Virus record (IMG/VR): IMGVR_UViG_3300030385_001109
Span: 1 to 34,348 of that record
Origin: a virus
DNA: 34,348 nt
Direction: 5' to 3' (one strand)
Positions 24,837 through 32,957 of this stretch are shown here, in pieces; the stretch's first letter is position 1, and the number at the start of each line of letters is the position of its first letter. The notes below the pieces were generated by a model. That model was given only the letters and a program-made list of their open reading frames with translations, was not told where the DNA came from and made no database searches. A program made the position numbers and the translations under genes.

Positions 24837-26258
24837 TTACCATTCCGAATCAAAGTTAATATCTTGTGTTGTTCCGTCTAGTATATCACCAAACGGGACA
24901 GCTTCGCGCCTCATCATGTAAGCGTATCGAATAGCATCCAGTAAATCATCCATAGTCTTTACTATTTTGCCTTTCTCATCCCTATGATGCTGAAGCACCT
25001 CGTCTAGTAAGTCTCTTAATCCTGCGAATACCTTAAACTTACCTTTACTCATTAAATCACGTATCTCATAAAGACCAGCCTCTACACCATTACCGCCATC
25101 TTCCCAAGTAGCGCGTTCGTCTAGCATTTCAAAACCTGCTTCTGAGTAGTATTGCATCTGCTGCTTACCTGAACCTTTTTCAGTCTGCAAACCGTCAAGG
25201 GGCCATGATGTAGGAATGCCAGCAGCCCAGCATTTGACTGCGCCCCAAGCCTCGTTAGGCGATGTTCTTCGCATCTTCTGAGCCTTAGTCACGTAGAATA
25301 TATCACTGTCACGGTCCCAAACTAACTGAACATGCGCCTGTGGATGATCCCAACCAAAATCCATACCATTGATAACATAAAAATGCTTAGGTATAGGGAA
25401 CGCATCACAAGTTAAGAATTCCTCGCTCAAGTCATAGATACGACCATGACCTAACATTGGAGTGCCTTTTGTCCTCATATCACGCTGATGAACAGGGAAC
25501 GCCTCAATCAAGTCTTTCTTTACTGAATCTGACAAATGAGGCGCATCATTCCAACCCTTTTGCATAAACACCTGAGACTTGCCAGGGTTATCCATGAACT
25601 TTATAACCAATTCAGTACGGCCGTTTTCTGGTGTAAAAGTTAATATTCCCCTGCCACCTTTCCCACCTTCACCCGTTGCAGTTCTTGTCAATACTTGTGG
25701 GTATATAGTTTGATCTTTAGGTTCCTCATCAACGTGATACCAATCAACACTATCACCCATCAAAGCCGCTTGACCTTGTGAGTATGACCAAAATTGACAC
25801 GTTGAAATAGTTCCAGAAGCGTGCTTAACCCTTACCTCTCTAAGTGCGCCAGAAGTTCCTGCCATTGACTTGTAATCAACTATATACTCCGGAGGAATTA
25901 ACCCACCAAGCAATTTGCCATTACTTATTCTTCCAAACAATTCGTGCTGAAGTAGATCCCTTGTTTTTTCACCAGAATAACCAAGCAACCACGCCTTAAT
26001 TCCTTTGTTGAATTTATAGCCCTTCCACTCTTCAGGGTAAAGACCAAGCAAATGAATAGCATCTATAAACGTACCAGTGTACGTCTTGCCAATACGGTTA
26101 GCAGCACATAGGCAAACTGCCGAAAAATCACTGGTGTTCGTGATAAACTCTTTCTGCCAGTCGTAAAGCCCGTCAAAAATGTACCTGTACCTGTAAACCT
26201 CTTTGCGTCGTTTCTTTTCTTCTAGTAGAGCTATAAGCTGCCTTTTATCATCACCCAC
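24837..26258 (-). CDS. terL: terminase large subunit
   Basis: Walker A-like CAANRIGKT, DEEP Walker B (WYHVDEEP), and a C-terminal RNaseH-like nuclease half (GMDFGWDHP ... DDLLDAIRYA). Confidence 0.9.
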   Translation of the reverse strand: MGDDKRQLIALLEEKKRRKEVYRYRYIFDGLYDWQKEFITNTSDFSAVCLCAANRIGKTYTGTFIDAIHLLGLYPEEWKGYKFNKGIKAWLLGYSGEKTRDLLQHELFGRISNGKLLGGLIPPEYIVDYKSMAGTSGALREVRVKHASGTISTCQFWSYSQGQAALMGDSVDWYHVDEEPKDQTIYPQVLTRTATGEGGKGGRGILTFTPENGRTELVIKFMDNPGKSQVFMQKGWNDAPHLSDSVKKDLIEAFPVHQRDMRTKGTPMLGHGRIYDLSEEFLTCDAFPIPKHFYVINGMDFGWDHPQAHVQLVWDRDSDIFYVTKAQKMRRTSPNEAWGAVKCWAAGIPTSWPLDGLQTEKGSGKQQMQYYSEAGFEMLDERATWEDGGNGVEAGLYEIRDLMSKGKFKVFAGLRDLLDEVLQHHRDEKGKIVKTMDDLLDAIRYAYMMRREAVPFGDILDGTTQDINFDSEW

Positions 26259-26727
26259 GGACTAAACCCCTAAGTAAATTTGATAAATATTTCGGGTTAA
26301 CACCAATTTCTTTAGCTAATGCCTTGTATGTGGTTTCTTTCTTTCTTTCTATTAACCCTTGGATATTTTCTTTTTTTATCTTTGTTTTTCCATTGTCGCC
26401 ATCAAACAACTTAGTTACTGTCTGACCTAAAACCCTAAACGAATGCTTCTTGTTGTTTGACGCGGTTACCCATTCCAAATTGCTGACGTTGTTATTTAGT
26501 TTATCCCCGTCCTTATGGTTAACTTGAGGTAGGTTTTTAATGTTTGGTATGAATGCCAAAGCAACAAGGCGGTGAACAAATAACTTTTTAGACCTACCTG
26601 CCTTTGATAATTCAACCCTGTAATACCCTGAATTGTTTATTTGCTTTTTAAGGTAGCTATTAGTGTTTGTGTTTTTAACTTCCCCACCATCACTAACGTC
26701 ATAACATAAATAATCTTGTATCTTCAT
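26251..26727 (-). CDS. free-standing HNH homing endonuclease (NUMOD4-like N-terminus, HNH_3-type core, C-terminal HTH)
   Basis: YRVELSKAGRSKKLFVHRLVALAFIPN...VNHKDGDKLNNNVSNLEWVTASNNKKH. GGAGAA lies 5 nt upstream of the ATG at 26727. The gene overlaps the terL start by 8 nt. Confidence 0.85.
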   Translation of the reverse strand: MKIQDYLCYDVSDGGEVKNTNTNSYLKKQINNSGYYRVELSKAGRSKKLFVHRLVALAFIPNIKNLPQVNHKDGDKLNNNVSNLEWVTASNNKKHSFRVLGQTVTKLFDGDNGKTKIKKENIQGLIERKKETTYKALAKEIGVNPKYLSNLLRGLVRG

Positions 26728-26759
26728 TGCAATTCTCCAAATAAGTAGATTTTGCGGCA

Positions 26760-27176
26760 CTAGGCTTCCCCTAATAACCCTTTAATTTTTTCATCTAAAT
26801 CCTCATCACTCAGCTTATCAGGGCTCATTGATCCATCTGAACTAGTATGATCTACCTTGTCAGAGAATAAAGCCAAATGTTTACCGAGCAACTCAAAGCC
26901 TTTATAGGCGCTTTTAGGGTCTTCACCTGCTACTAGTGTATCTGTTAAGCTTTTGATGCCTTCCAGAACGTAACAGGCCGTTATCCCAGTGGATTCGCTG
27001 CGCTCAGCCATTGCTTGCTGGATAAGTAGGGCTATAGCAGGTTTTAGCAGGTTTTCACTACCTATTACCCGAGCCGTTTTAACTGAGTACCCCGCCCTTA
27101 CTGCTGCTTGAGTGGCGTTCAAATCTACCAAATACTCTCTCCAGAACAATTCTTGCTTAGCACTTAACTTAGCCAT
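26760..27176 (-). CDS. terS: terminase small subunit (Terminase_2 type)
   Basis: LSAKQELFWREYLVDLNATQAAVRAGYSVKTARVIGSENLLKP is the classic TerS HTH N-terminus. Confidence 0.9.
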   Translation of the reverse strand: MAKLSAKQELFWREYLVDLNATQAAVRAGYSVKTARVIGSENLLKPAIALLIQQAMAERSESTGITACYVLEGIKSLTDTLVAGEDPKSAYKGFELLGKHLALFSDKVDHTSSDGSMSPDKLSDEDLDEKIKGLLGEA

Positions 27177-27268
27177 AACTTATCCATACCTTAAACATAA
27201 TATATAAACCATAAATGAAACATAAGCAGTTATAAAAACTGTACACCATGGGAATTTGCTTAATTTAA

Positions 27269-27580
27269 TCACGCCAGCACACGGAACTTTTCAAAGTCAT
27301 TTTGCTGGACATTACTAGACGAAAAATCAAGTCTAGCTTTCTTGCGCCATCTACCAACATAATCCAAATCATTAACAACCGTTTTATACTCAATGTACTG
27401 GCCGCCCGTGAATGTCTCCAACTCAGTAACAACAGTTACAGCAGGAATAGTAACGCCCGTTGTAATCTCTTTTGTTGAGCCTACTTCGGGTTGCAATATC
27501 AGCGTTGGCGTTGCTGCCGTTATACCGTATCCAAGATTAACCCGAATTATAGACCCTATCTCTTTATAGTTTAAATTCAT
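27269..27580 (-). CDS. hypothetical beta-rich protein (103 aa)
   Basis: ORF between the lysis genes and terS. Confidence 0.55.
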   Translation of the reverse strand: MNLNYKEIGSIIRVNLGYGITAATPTLILQPEVGSTKEITTGVTIPAVTVVTELETFTGGQYIEYKTVVNDLDYVGRWRKKARLDFSSSNVQQNDFEKFRVLA

Positions 27581-27592
27581 TTTTAATTCACC

Positions 27593-27898
27593 CTAACTAA
27601 ACAGGCCTATCAAGCCTGTAATAAAAGTTCCGTTACTATCTATCTTTATTACATCAAGATACAAAGCAACGTTGGCAAGTACTAACACCCACAATGAGAC
27701 TTTGGTGTCTCTTACCTTGGCATTTCTCCACGCACTTCTAAAAGAATTATCATGCGCCTGTTGCGCCTCTTTTAAGTCACAAAGTTGGCATAGTAGATTA
27801 TTAGTTATTACTTGCTCTTTAATTTGATTCTCTAGCCGCTCAATCATTTCAAAATGCTTTGGTGCTGCCTGTTTTTTTAGCTCGTCAATTTCTTTCAT
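27593..27898 (-). CDS. hypothetical protein with coiled-coil N-terminus and C-terminal hydrophobic segment(s); lysis-cassette position
   Basis: VSLWVLVLANVALYL and FITGLIGLF are hydrophobic. It starts 3 nt after the endolysin stop. Confidence 0.5.
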   Translation of the reverse strand: MKEIDELKKQAAPKHFEMIERLENQIKEQVITNNLLCQLCDLKEAQQAHDNSFRSAWRNAKVRDTKVSLWVLVLANVALYLDVIKIDSNGTFITGLIGLFS

Positions 27899-27900
27899 GC

Positions 27901-28338
27901 TTATTTCCAGTTCATAAAATCATGAAGGTATTTCTCTGGCGTTGCTTTACCTGGACCGTTCCAATTCTTCTTTAGGTACTCGGACATATCAAACAAGTCT
28001 GAAGGTAACGCCCCTGCTGCCATGAATAACTTTTGTCTAGCCATGAATACATTATAGCGCAAGTCATAAACTAATCTGTCAGACTCACTATTAAGAAGCC
28101 CCATCAATCTGGCATTCTTGTGTATGCTATCGCCAAAATTCCAAACGTCATCATGCGTCATTGGTTCCATCTGAATAACGCCTAATGCTGGGCCTTTAGT
28201 CTGTGCTATGTATTCACCGCCTGAACTCTCATGAGCAATAATCATTTGAATAGCTATAACAGCCTCTTCAGAATAACCCTTAGGTATTTCTTTCAGTGTT
28301 GGAATTATTACCAGTTCAGTTAATTGTTCTTTATTCAT
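27901..28338 (-). CDS. endolysin, lytic transglycosylase (SLT-like)
   Basis: IAHESSGGEYIAQTKGPALGVIQM fits the E-S ... G-x-x-G-[LV]-[MI]-Q SLT catalytic motif. Confidence 0.6.
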   Translation of the reverse strand: MNKEQLTELVIIPTLKEIPKGYSEEAVIAIQMIIAHESSGGEYIAQTKGPALGVIQMEPMTHDDVWNFGDSIHKNARLMGLLNSESDRLVYDLRYNVFMARQKLFMAAGALPSDLFDMSEYLKKNWNGPGKATPEKYLHDFMNWK

Positions 28339-28359
28339 AACTTAAACCCTTATAATTGA

Positions 28360-28384
28360 GGCTAGACGGTATTAGCGTCTAGCC
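28360..28384 (-). promoter_or_regulatory. perfect 9-bp stem hairpin (GGCTAGACG / CGTCTAGCC) upstream of the endolysin gene
   Basis: 7-nt loop, no U tract on either strand; it ends about 21 nt upstream of the endolysin ATG. Confidence 0.5.
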
Positions 28385-28390
28385 ATCGCA

Positions 28391-28771
28391 CTAGTTAAAC
28401 TTTCTTGTAATATCGGCCTTTATAGCCAAAAGTATTTTACTAACATGGTCTGAGTCGCCTGCTAATATAGCGACAACTTCAGCGTCTTCCATATCAACAT
28501 TTAATACATCAGTAAAAGTGCCGTTTTTATCAATCAATAACGGACGAGATCTCTTTCCAGCCGCCTCTGTTTCTGGTGTATACCAATAACTAACCTTGTA
28601 AGCAATAGCTTCTACATCACTCTCAACCGCATAGTCTGCTCTACCGTCAATTGATTCGCCAGAAGTTTGTGAAGACTCCGACCATTTACGCACAGAAACA
28701 AAAGCAAGCGGAAACTCACCTCCGAACTCATCCGTGACTTTCGAGAAAAAAGTTAACGCTGGTGTTTTCAT
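28391..28771 (-). CDS. hypothetical protein (126 aa)
   Basis: ORF in the leftward operon. Confidence 0.55.
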   Translation of the reverse strand: MKTPALTFFSKVTDEFGGEFPLAFVSVRKWSESSQTSGESIDGRADYAVESDVEAIAYKVSYWYTPETEAAGKRSRPLLIDKNGTFTDVLNVDMEDAEVVAILAGDSDHVSKILLAIKADITRKFN

Positions 28772-28798
28772 ATTCTTTTCGCCTTATTTATTTAAAGT

Positions 28799-29272
28799 TT
28801 AACCGATCAATCTTTGCGCTTCTGCTGCATCTTCGTTTAATCTGTCGATATTCACTACTGGTAAATCACTACCGTCAACATTACCCTTTTCAAGTAATTC
28901 TTCAACTCTAGTCGCTTCTTCTGATTGAAGCATTTCTTCAAGTACTGACTCTAGCCCGCTAATCTCGCAAACCTTCTCACCTACTCGGTATTGAATACAT
29001 GGATCGCAATCAATATCTAAAGCGCTATCACCCCATATAGATGGAACATCTAGCCCATTATTATCAATAGCTCGCTTACCTTGAAACAACAAACCACTAT
29101 TAGCAGCCAGCGAAACCATTTCATCGTATGAATCACAAAGCTCTACACGCTCTTTTAAATCAGCGTCTAATGCCATTATGTTAAACACGATATTTTCAAT
29201 ATCAAACTCTTGCATGCTACCTAGCATTATTTGATTAGAAAAAATACTTTCTACCCTAACTTTATTACTCAT
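28799..29272 (-). CDS. strongly acidic hypothetical protein (157 aa)
   Basis: My count is about 33 Asp+Glu versus about 12 Lys+Arg. Confidence 0.6.
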   Translation of the reverse strand: MSNKVRVESIFSNQIMLGSMQEFDIENIVFNIMALDADLKERVELCDSYDEMVSLAANSGLLFQGKRAIDNNGLDVPSIWGDSALDIDCDPCIQYRVGEKVCEISGLESVLEEMLQSEEATRVEELLEKGNVDGSDLPVVNIDRLNEDAAEAQRLIG

Positions 29273-29292
29273 TAGTATCCCTTATGATTAAG

Positions 29293-29562
29293 TTAAATAT
29301 TACTATAAATTAAATGCTCATGATGAACATCAACATCTTCTTTGCTACTTTTTTGAAACTCGTTCCTTTCCTCCAAGCACTTTTTGCAAATACCAACAAC
29401 CCGAAAATCAATACCTGACTTATCTGGTAATAGCCCATAATGCCTGTTTCTTGCGGGTATCAAAAAAACCGCGCCAGTTATCGTGGGCGGTTTCTTTCTT
29501 CTGCAATCAACACACCAGACTTTTTTAGCCAGCACTCTTGGTTTAATAACTCGCTTGTTCAT
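29293..29562 (-). CDS. zinc-ribbon protein (89 aa)
   Basis: CVDC ... CKKC. Confidence 0.55.
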   Translation of the reverse strand: MNKRVIKPRVLAKKVWCVDCRRKKPPTITGAVFLIPARNRHYGLLPDKSGIDFRVVGICKKCLEERNEFQKSSKEDVDVHHEHLIYSNI

Positions 29563-29589
29563 TAGGTACTTAGTGGTTGTGTTTTAACC

Positions 29590-29617
29590 ATTATACACCT
29601 AGTCGCTATGTTGTTAA
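29590..29617 (-). promoter_or_regulatory. candidate promoter TTAACA-16-TATAAT (minus strand)
   Basis: Read on the reverse complement, upstream of the gene starting at 29562. Confidence 0.4.
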
Positions 29618-29814
29618 AGCTTCATCCATTCCCGAATAAAATCATCAACAAGCTTAACTCTTTCCTCTCTTACATTTGTCATTAATGAGTACCAGACGTC
29701 AGCAATACCGTAAGGGTATAAATGCTCTTGTCTTTCCTTGTTAGAGTAACCTATGCCATCAAACGCTAAATCGAAGCCCTTCATGTAAGGCTCGAATTGA
29801 TCTTCGTATATCAT
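29614..29814 (-). CDS. hypothetical protein (66 aa)
   Basis: ORF in the operon. Confidence 0.5.
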   Translation of the reverse strand: MIYEDQFEPYMKGFDLAFDGIGYSNKERQEHLYPYGIADVWYSLMTNVREERVKLVDDFIREWMKL

Positions 29815-29890
29815 TTATAAGCCTCTTTAATCGTGATTATGTTACTAAATCAAAATGACCGCAAACAGTGCGGCATCTTATTTTTAAGTT

Positions 29891-30073
29891 TTAGCAGGCT
29901 AAAGTATTTTCTGGCTCTATATCCCCAGCTATAAACTTTATCTGCTCTAAATGCCCTTCGTCTAATTCTTTATTTTCAATCATGCAATCCACGCACTTTC
30001 CAAAAGTATTGGCGCATATTCCATAATGGCTTTTGTGCGGGTAAAGCTTGTTACATTCATTACATCTAGTCAT
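29891..30073 (-). CDS. zinc-ribbon protein (60 aa; start moved to MTRCNEC)
   Basis: GGAGAGG upstream of the ATG at 30073; CNEC ... CVDC. Confidence 0.55.
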   Translation of the reverse strand: MTRCNECNKLYPHKSHYGICANTFGKCVDCMIENKELDEGHLEQIKFIAGDIEPENTLAC

Positions 30074-30144
30074 ACCTACCTCTCCTATAAGACCTGCTAA
30101 CAACCTAATTCAACGCGACAGTAAACTGCCTGTTAATTTTAAGG

Positions 30145-30390
30145 TTATACAGCATCATTAATCATTTTCTTAGGCGTAAGTATCAGCCTAAACAAACAAC
30201 CTGAAGCGTAAAACTCTTTTTCTTTTGTGAGCGAGAATGCAGACATAACCTTTCGTTTGCCGTAAGTGTTAATAGTCACAGTACCGTCCGTGTTGTTCTC
30301 GTTGCGCGGTTTTGCTATTGCTGAGTAGACATTGCCTGGCACAAAGTCACTCTTCTTTTTTGCTGTCAAACATTTTAATTTTATATCCAT
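30145..30390 (-). CDS. hypothetical protein (81 aa; start moved to MDIKLK)
   Basis: AAGGA 8 nt upstream of the ATG at 30390. The track start is a GTG that overlaps the upstream stop. Confidence 0.5.
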   Translation of the reverse strand: MDIKLKCLTAKKKSDFVPGNVYSAIAKPRNENNTDGTVTINTYGKRKVMSAFSLTKEKEFYASGCLFRLILTPKKMINDAV

Positions 30391-30446
30391 TTTTACTGTC
30401 CTTAAATGCTCTATACCGTTAGGGAATATTATTGTTTTAAGTTGCA

Positions 30447-30659
30447 CTACTTACACCTTATTAAAATATTATTTTTTTCTATTTCACAGTTAGCCCGCTC
30501 ATGCTCTCTAGCGTGTTGTGAGAATACCCTACAGTCTTCAATGTTTGCGCTGTTAACATCGTCCTTAGTCGCTATGTGAGCACCTCCACCACTTATAGCC
30601 GCACTTGCTGCCGCTATAATTATCATGTTTGTATTGCTGCCTTTCTCTTCATCGCTCAT
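30447..30659 (-). CDS. hypothetical protein with a weakly hydrophobic Ala/Gly-rich segment (70 aa)
   Basis: AGGTGA upstream of the ATG; MIIIAAASAAISGGGA. Confidence 0.5.
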   Translation of the reverse strand: MSDEEKGSNTNMIIIAAASAAISGGGAHIATKDDVNSANIEDCRVFSQHAREHERANCEIEKNNILIRCK

Positions 30660-30952
30660 GCTATCACCTAGCTATTAAGTATATAAATACAAGTATACAG
30701 CATAGCTAAACTGACACATAAAACAGCTATCAAAACAATGAGCGCCATATAGTTTGATTTTACAAATAAAATTAACTGCTTCATTTTTTAAACTTGTCAC
30801 CGCAAGATTTACATAAACGCTTGCGGCCTCTTAACATGTAATATTGAAAGCCAATATAAATGTTACCACCGCAACCCTTAAAGCCATTACATTTCTTTCC
30901 ACTTATGTGAGCCTTGGTGATAATCATAATTTAACCTTTATTAAAGTGGGTT

Positions 30953-31372
30953 TTATTTACCGTGAGGCCAGCCGCCTTGCTGTTGCGGTGCTTGTTGCTG
31001 CTGTGGTGGCTGGTATCCACCTTGATTATTAAAGCCGCCTTGTTGTTGTGGTGGTTGGTTTATGTGGGCTTGCTGTGGCGCTTGTTGCTGCTGGAATCCG
31101 CCTTGTGCTTGTTGTTCACCTGCTTTTTGTGGTGCTTGTCCATTTTCAACCCAAAACACTTTACCGTTGCCGAGTATGTTTCCTTTTACGCCTTGGTCTT
31201 TTTCTTCTTTGCTAACGTCTTGAGTAATCATTCCGCTGTTGCCGTACTGGTCTAACTCATCCATATTTACGAATATTGTAGCGTCTAAGTACTGTCCTTT
31301 CTGCCCCTGAAAAGCTCTTGTCATATCTATTTGTGAAAGGTTTATTTTTAACGCTAGTGCTATTTTAGCCAT
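30953..31372 (-). CDS. putative ssDNA-binding protein with Q/P/G-rich C-terminal tail
   Basis: Follows ERF and the DUF1351-like gene. The N-terminal roughly 80 aa look like a compact beta domain. The C-terminal roughly 60 aa are QQQ/PQQ/GG repeats, as in SSB linkers, but the protein ends GGWPHGK. Confidence 0.45.
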   Translation of the reverse strand: MAKIALALKINLSQIDMTRAFQGQKGQYLDATIFVNMDELDQYGNSGMITQDVSKEEKDQGVKGNILGNGKVFWVENGQAPQKAGEQQAQGGFQQQQAPQQAHINQPPQQQGGFNNQGGYQPPQQQQAPQQQGGWPHGK

Positions 31373-31391
31373 GTTCTTATCTCTCTATTGG

Positions 31392-32099
31392 TTAATAATT
31401 AATTGTAAAGTTTGGTAATTCGTTAATTGTTGCTAAGTGTATAACTGTCTTAGCATTTTTATCGCTAAGCTCGAACGTTCTCAGTACGTTATATATGTCC
31501 GTTTTAACTTTCTGTACGTGTTCTTTATTTGCTAGACGTGCGTTTTCTTTGTTGGTTTTATCTTGCTCTTGCGCCTTACCTAGCGCAGCTAATCTATCAA
31601 CGGCTATTTTAGTTTGTTCAGCAGCATAAGCATCACGGTCGATAATTGCTTGTTTTTCACGTTCAGCAGTTAGGCGTAATTCTTCAGTAACTTTTGCCGC
31701 ATGGTTCTCATCCATAATTAAAGCGTATTCGTGATCAATATCAAGCTGAACCTGAAACTCAATAGCAGCTACGCGCGCCTTTTCAGCATCTAAAATCTTT
31801 TTACGCTCAACAGTGTAATCATCAATTAAAACTTGAAACGGTGAGTTAGCATCACTTAGTCGTTCAATTATAGCAGCCGCTTGCGCCTCAACTTTAACGC
31901 CGTATGCTTTTTTATCAGCGACACGATGAGCGTTAACCTTTTTAATCAACCCTTGAATCTGAGCCGCTTTATCTTTTACGTATTTACGTTGTGGTGCGTC
32001 CTCCATATCAACATAAAGCCCATCGTACTTTTTACCCTCTGCTTCTAATTCAGTTAATGCGCTTTCAGTTGTTACACTCTCAAAAATTGCAATGCTCAT
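31392..32099 (-). CDS. DUF1351-like recombination-module protein (235 aa)
   Basis: N-terminus ALTELEAEGKKYDGLYVDMEDAPQRKYVKDKAAQIQGLIKKVNAHRVADKK resembles DUF1351 proteins that accompany phage single-strand annealing proteins. Confidence 0.4.
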   Translation of the reverse strand: MSIAIFESVTTESALTELEAEGKKYDGLYVDMEDAPQRKYVKDKAAQIQGLIKKVNAHRVADKKAYGVKVEAQAAAIIERLSDANSPFQVLIDDYTVERKKILDAEKARVAAIEFQVQLDIDHEYALIMDENHAAKVTEELRLTAEREKQAIIDRDAYAAEQTKIAVDRLAALGKAQEQDKTNKENARLANKEHVQKVKTDIYNVLRTFELSDKNAKTVIHLATINELPNFTINY

Positions 32100-32644
32100 T
32101 ATATTAAGCTCCTTACTTGGTCTTTTATTTTGCCGGTTAAATTCGGATCATCAATTGTTGTTTGGTTGTTCTTTATTGCATCAACCCAAGAATTAACAGC
32201 CTCGCTAGTTTGTTGTATTTCGTAAGCTTCAGCATCTGCATCAGACATTGTTGCCTCAGTTGGTATAAAGAACGATTGAAAAGCAGCGTACTTGAGAGCG
32301 ATAGACATAGCCTTATTTGTCGCCTTGTCGCCAGAGTCCATAGCTTCACCGATAGTTTGCACAGTGTGCTTACTACCATCTTTAGCTGATACAAAATCAA
32401 ACTCAGCATCAACAGTCACATAAAATACTGTACCGCCACTCTTGGTTAGCTTTTCCGTAACCGTGCGATTTTTAATTCTAGGTAAAATTAACAGTTCATG
32501 TTTAGCAAGTAATGGAGCTAATGCGTTATACACTGCATCTATCCCTCTAAACTGCCAACCCTGAGATTTATTTTTAGAGTCTTTACCTATGCCGGTGCTA
32601 GCCATTTCACCAATTATTGCGGCTATTGATTTATAAACTTCCAT
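32099..32644 (-). CDS. erf: ERF-family single-strand annealing recombinase
   Basis: QGWQFRGIDAVYNALAPLLAKHEL ... GDKATNKAMSIALKYAAFQSFFIPTE ... DADAE parallels P22 Erf (GKYKYRSCEDILEGVKPLL ... GATSSYARKYCLNGLFGIDD..DAD). Confidence 0.8.
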   Translation of the reverse strand: MEVYKSIAAIIGEMASTGIGKDSKNKSQGWQFRGIDAVYNALAPLLAKHELLILPRIKNRTVTEKLTKSGGTVFYVTVDAEFDFVSAKDGSKHTVQTIGEAMDSGDKATNKAMSIALKYAAFQSFFIPTEATMSDADAEAYEIQQTSEAVNSWVDAIKNNQTTIDDPNLTGKIKDQVRSLI

Positions 32645-32852
32645 TAAATGAATTCTCCGTTACATGATCCGAATTTGCGTCAGCTTCGTATTGCTCTGCT
32701 TCGGTCAAAAATTCAACCCCGTTAATAACTGTGTACTCGCACTTATCACACTGTAACCATGTACTTGTAATGCTATTAGTCTCAGTCATTGAGCTATTAC
32801 ACTCTGGGCATTCGCTTGGCTCGCTTTCGCTTTGGTCTTGATAGTTATTCAT
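32631..32852 (-). CDS. acidic zinc-ribbon protein (73 aa), first gene of the long leftward operon
   Basis: CPEC ... CDKC; GAGGAG upstream of the ATG. Confidence 0.6.
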   Translation of the reverse strand: MNNYQDQSESEPSECPECNSSMTETNSITSTWLQCDKCEYTVINGVEFLTEAEQYEADANSDHVTENSFNGSL

Positions 32853-32884
32853 TTAGTTAACTCCTCGCTTTGTTTCGATAACAC

Positions 32885-32913
32885 ATACTAATGACTTTCA
32901 TTTAACGCGTCAA
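32885..32913 (-). promoter_or_regulatory. leftward promoter TTGACG-17-TAGTAT
   Basis: Read on the reverse complement: -35 at 32913-32908, -10 at 32890-32885. Confidence 0.55.
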
Positions 32914-32920
32914 GCTGTAA

Positions 32921-32957
32921 TTGCAATTTATTTGATGTTTAATTAAATAACTTGCAA
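32921..32957. promoter_or_regulatory. candidate operator: 13-bp inverted repeat TTGCAATTTATTT - n11 - AAATAACTTGCAA (1 mismatch)
   Basis: Lies between the two divergent promoters; its right arm contains the rightward -35. Confidence 0.5.

Noticed and set aside
28351-28356. Plus-strand TATAAT at 28351-28356 next to the hairpin
   Set aside because: There is no plus-strand gene downstream for more than 4 kb and no matching -35. It is probably chance in AT-rich sequence.
30844-31255. Plus-strand ORFs 30844-31032 and 30962-31255
   Set aside because: They are antisense translations of the Q/P/G-repeat region of the SSB-like gene (Leu/Trp/Cys repeats), and one uses a TTG start. They are artefacts of the low-complexity repeat.
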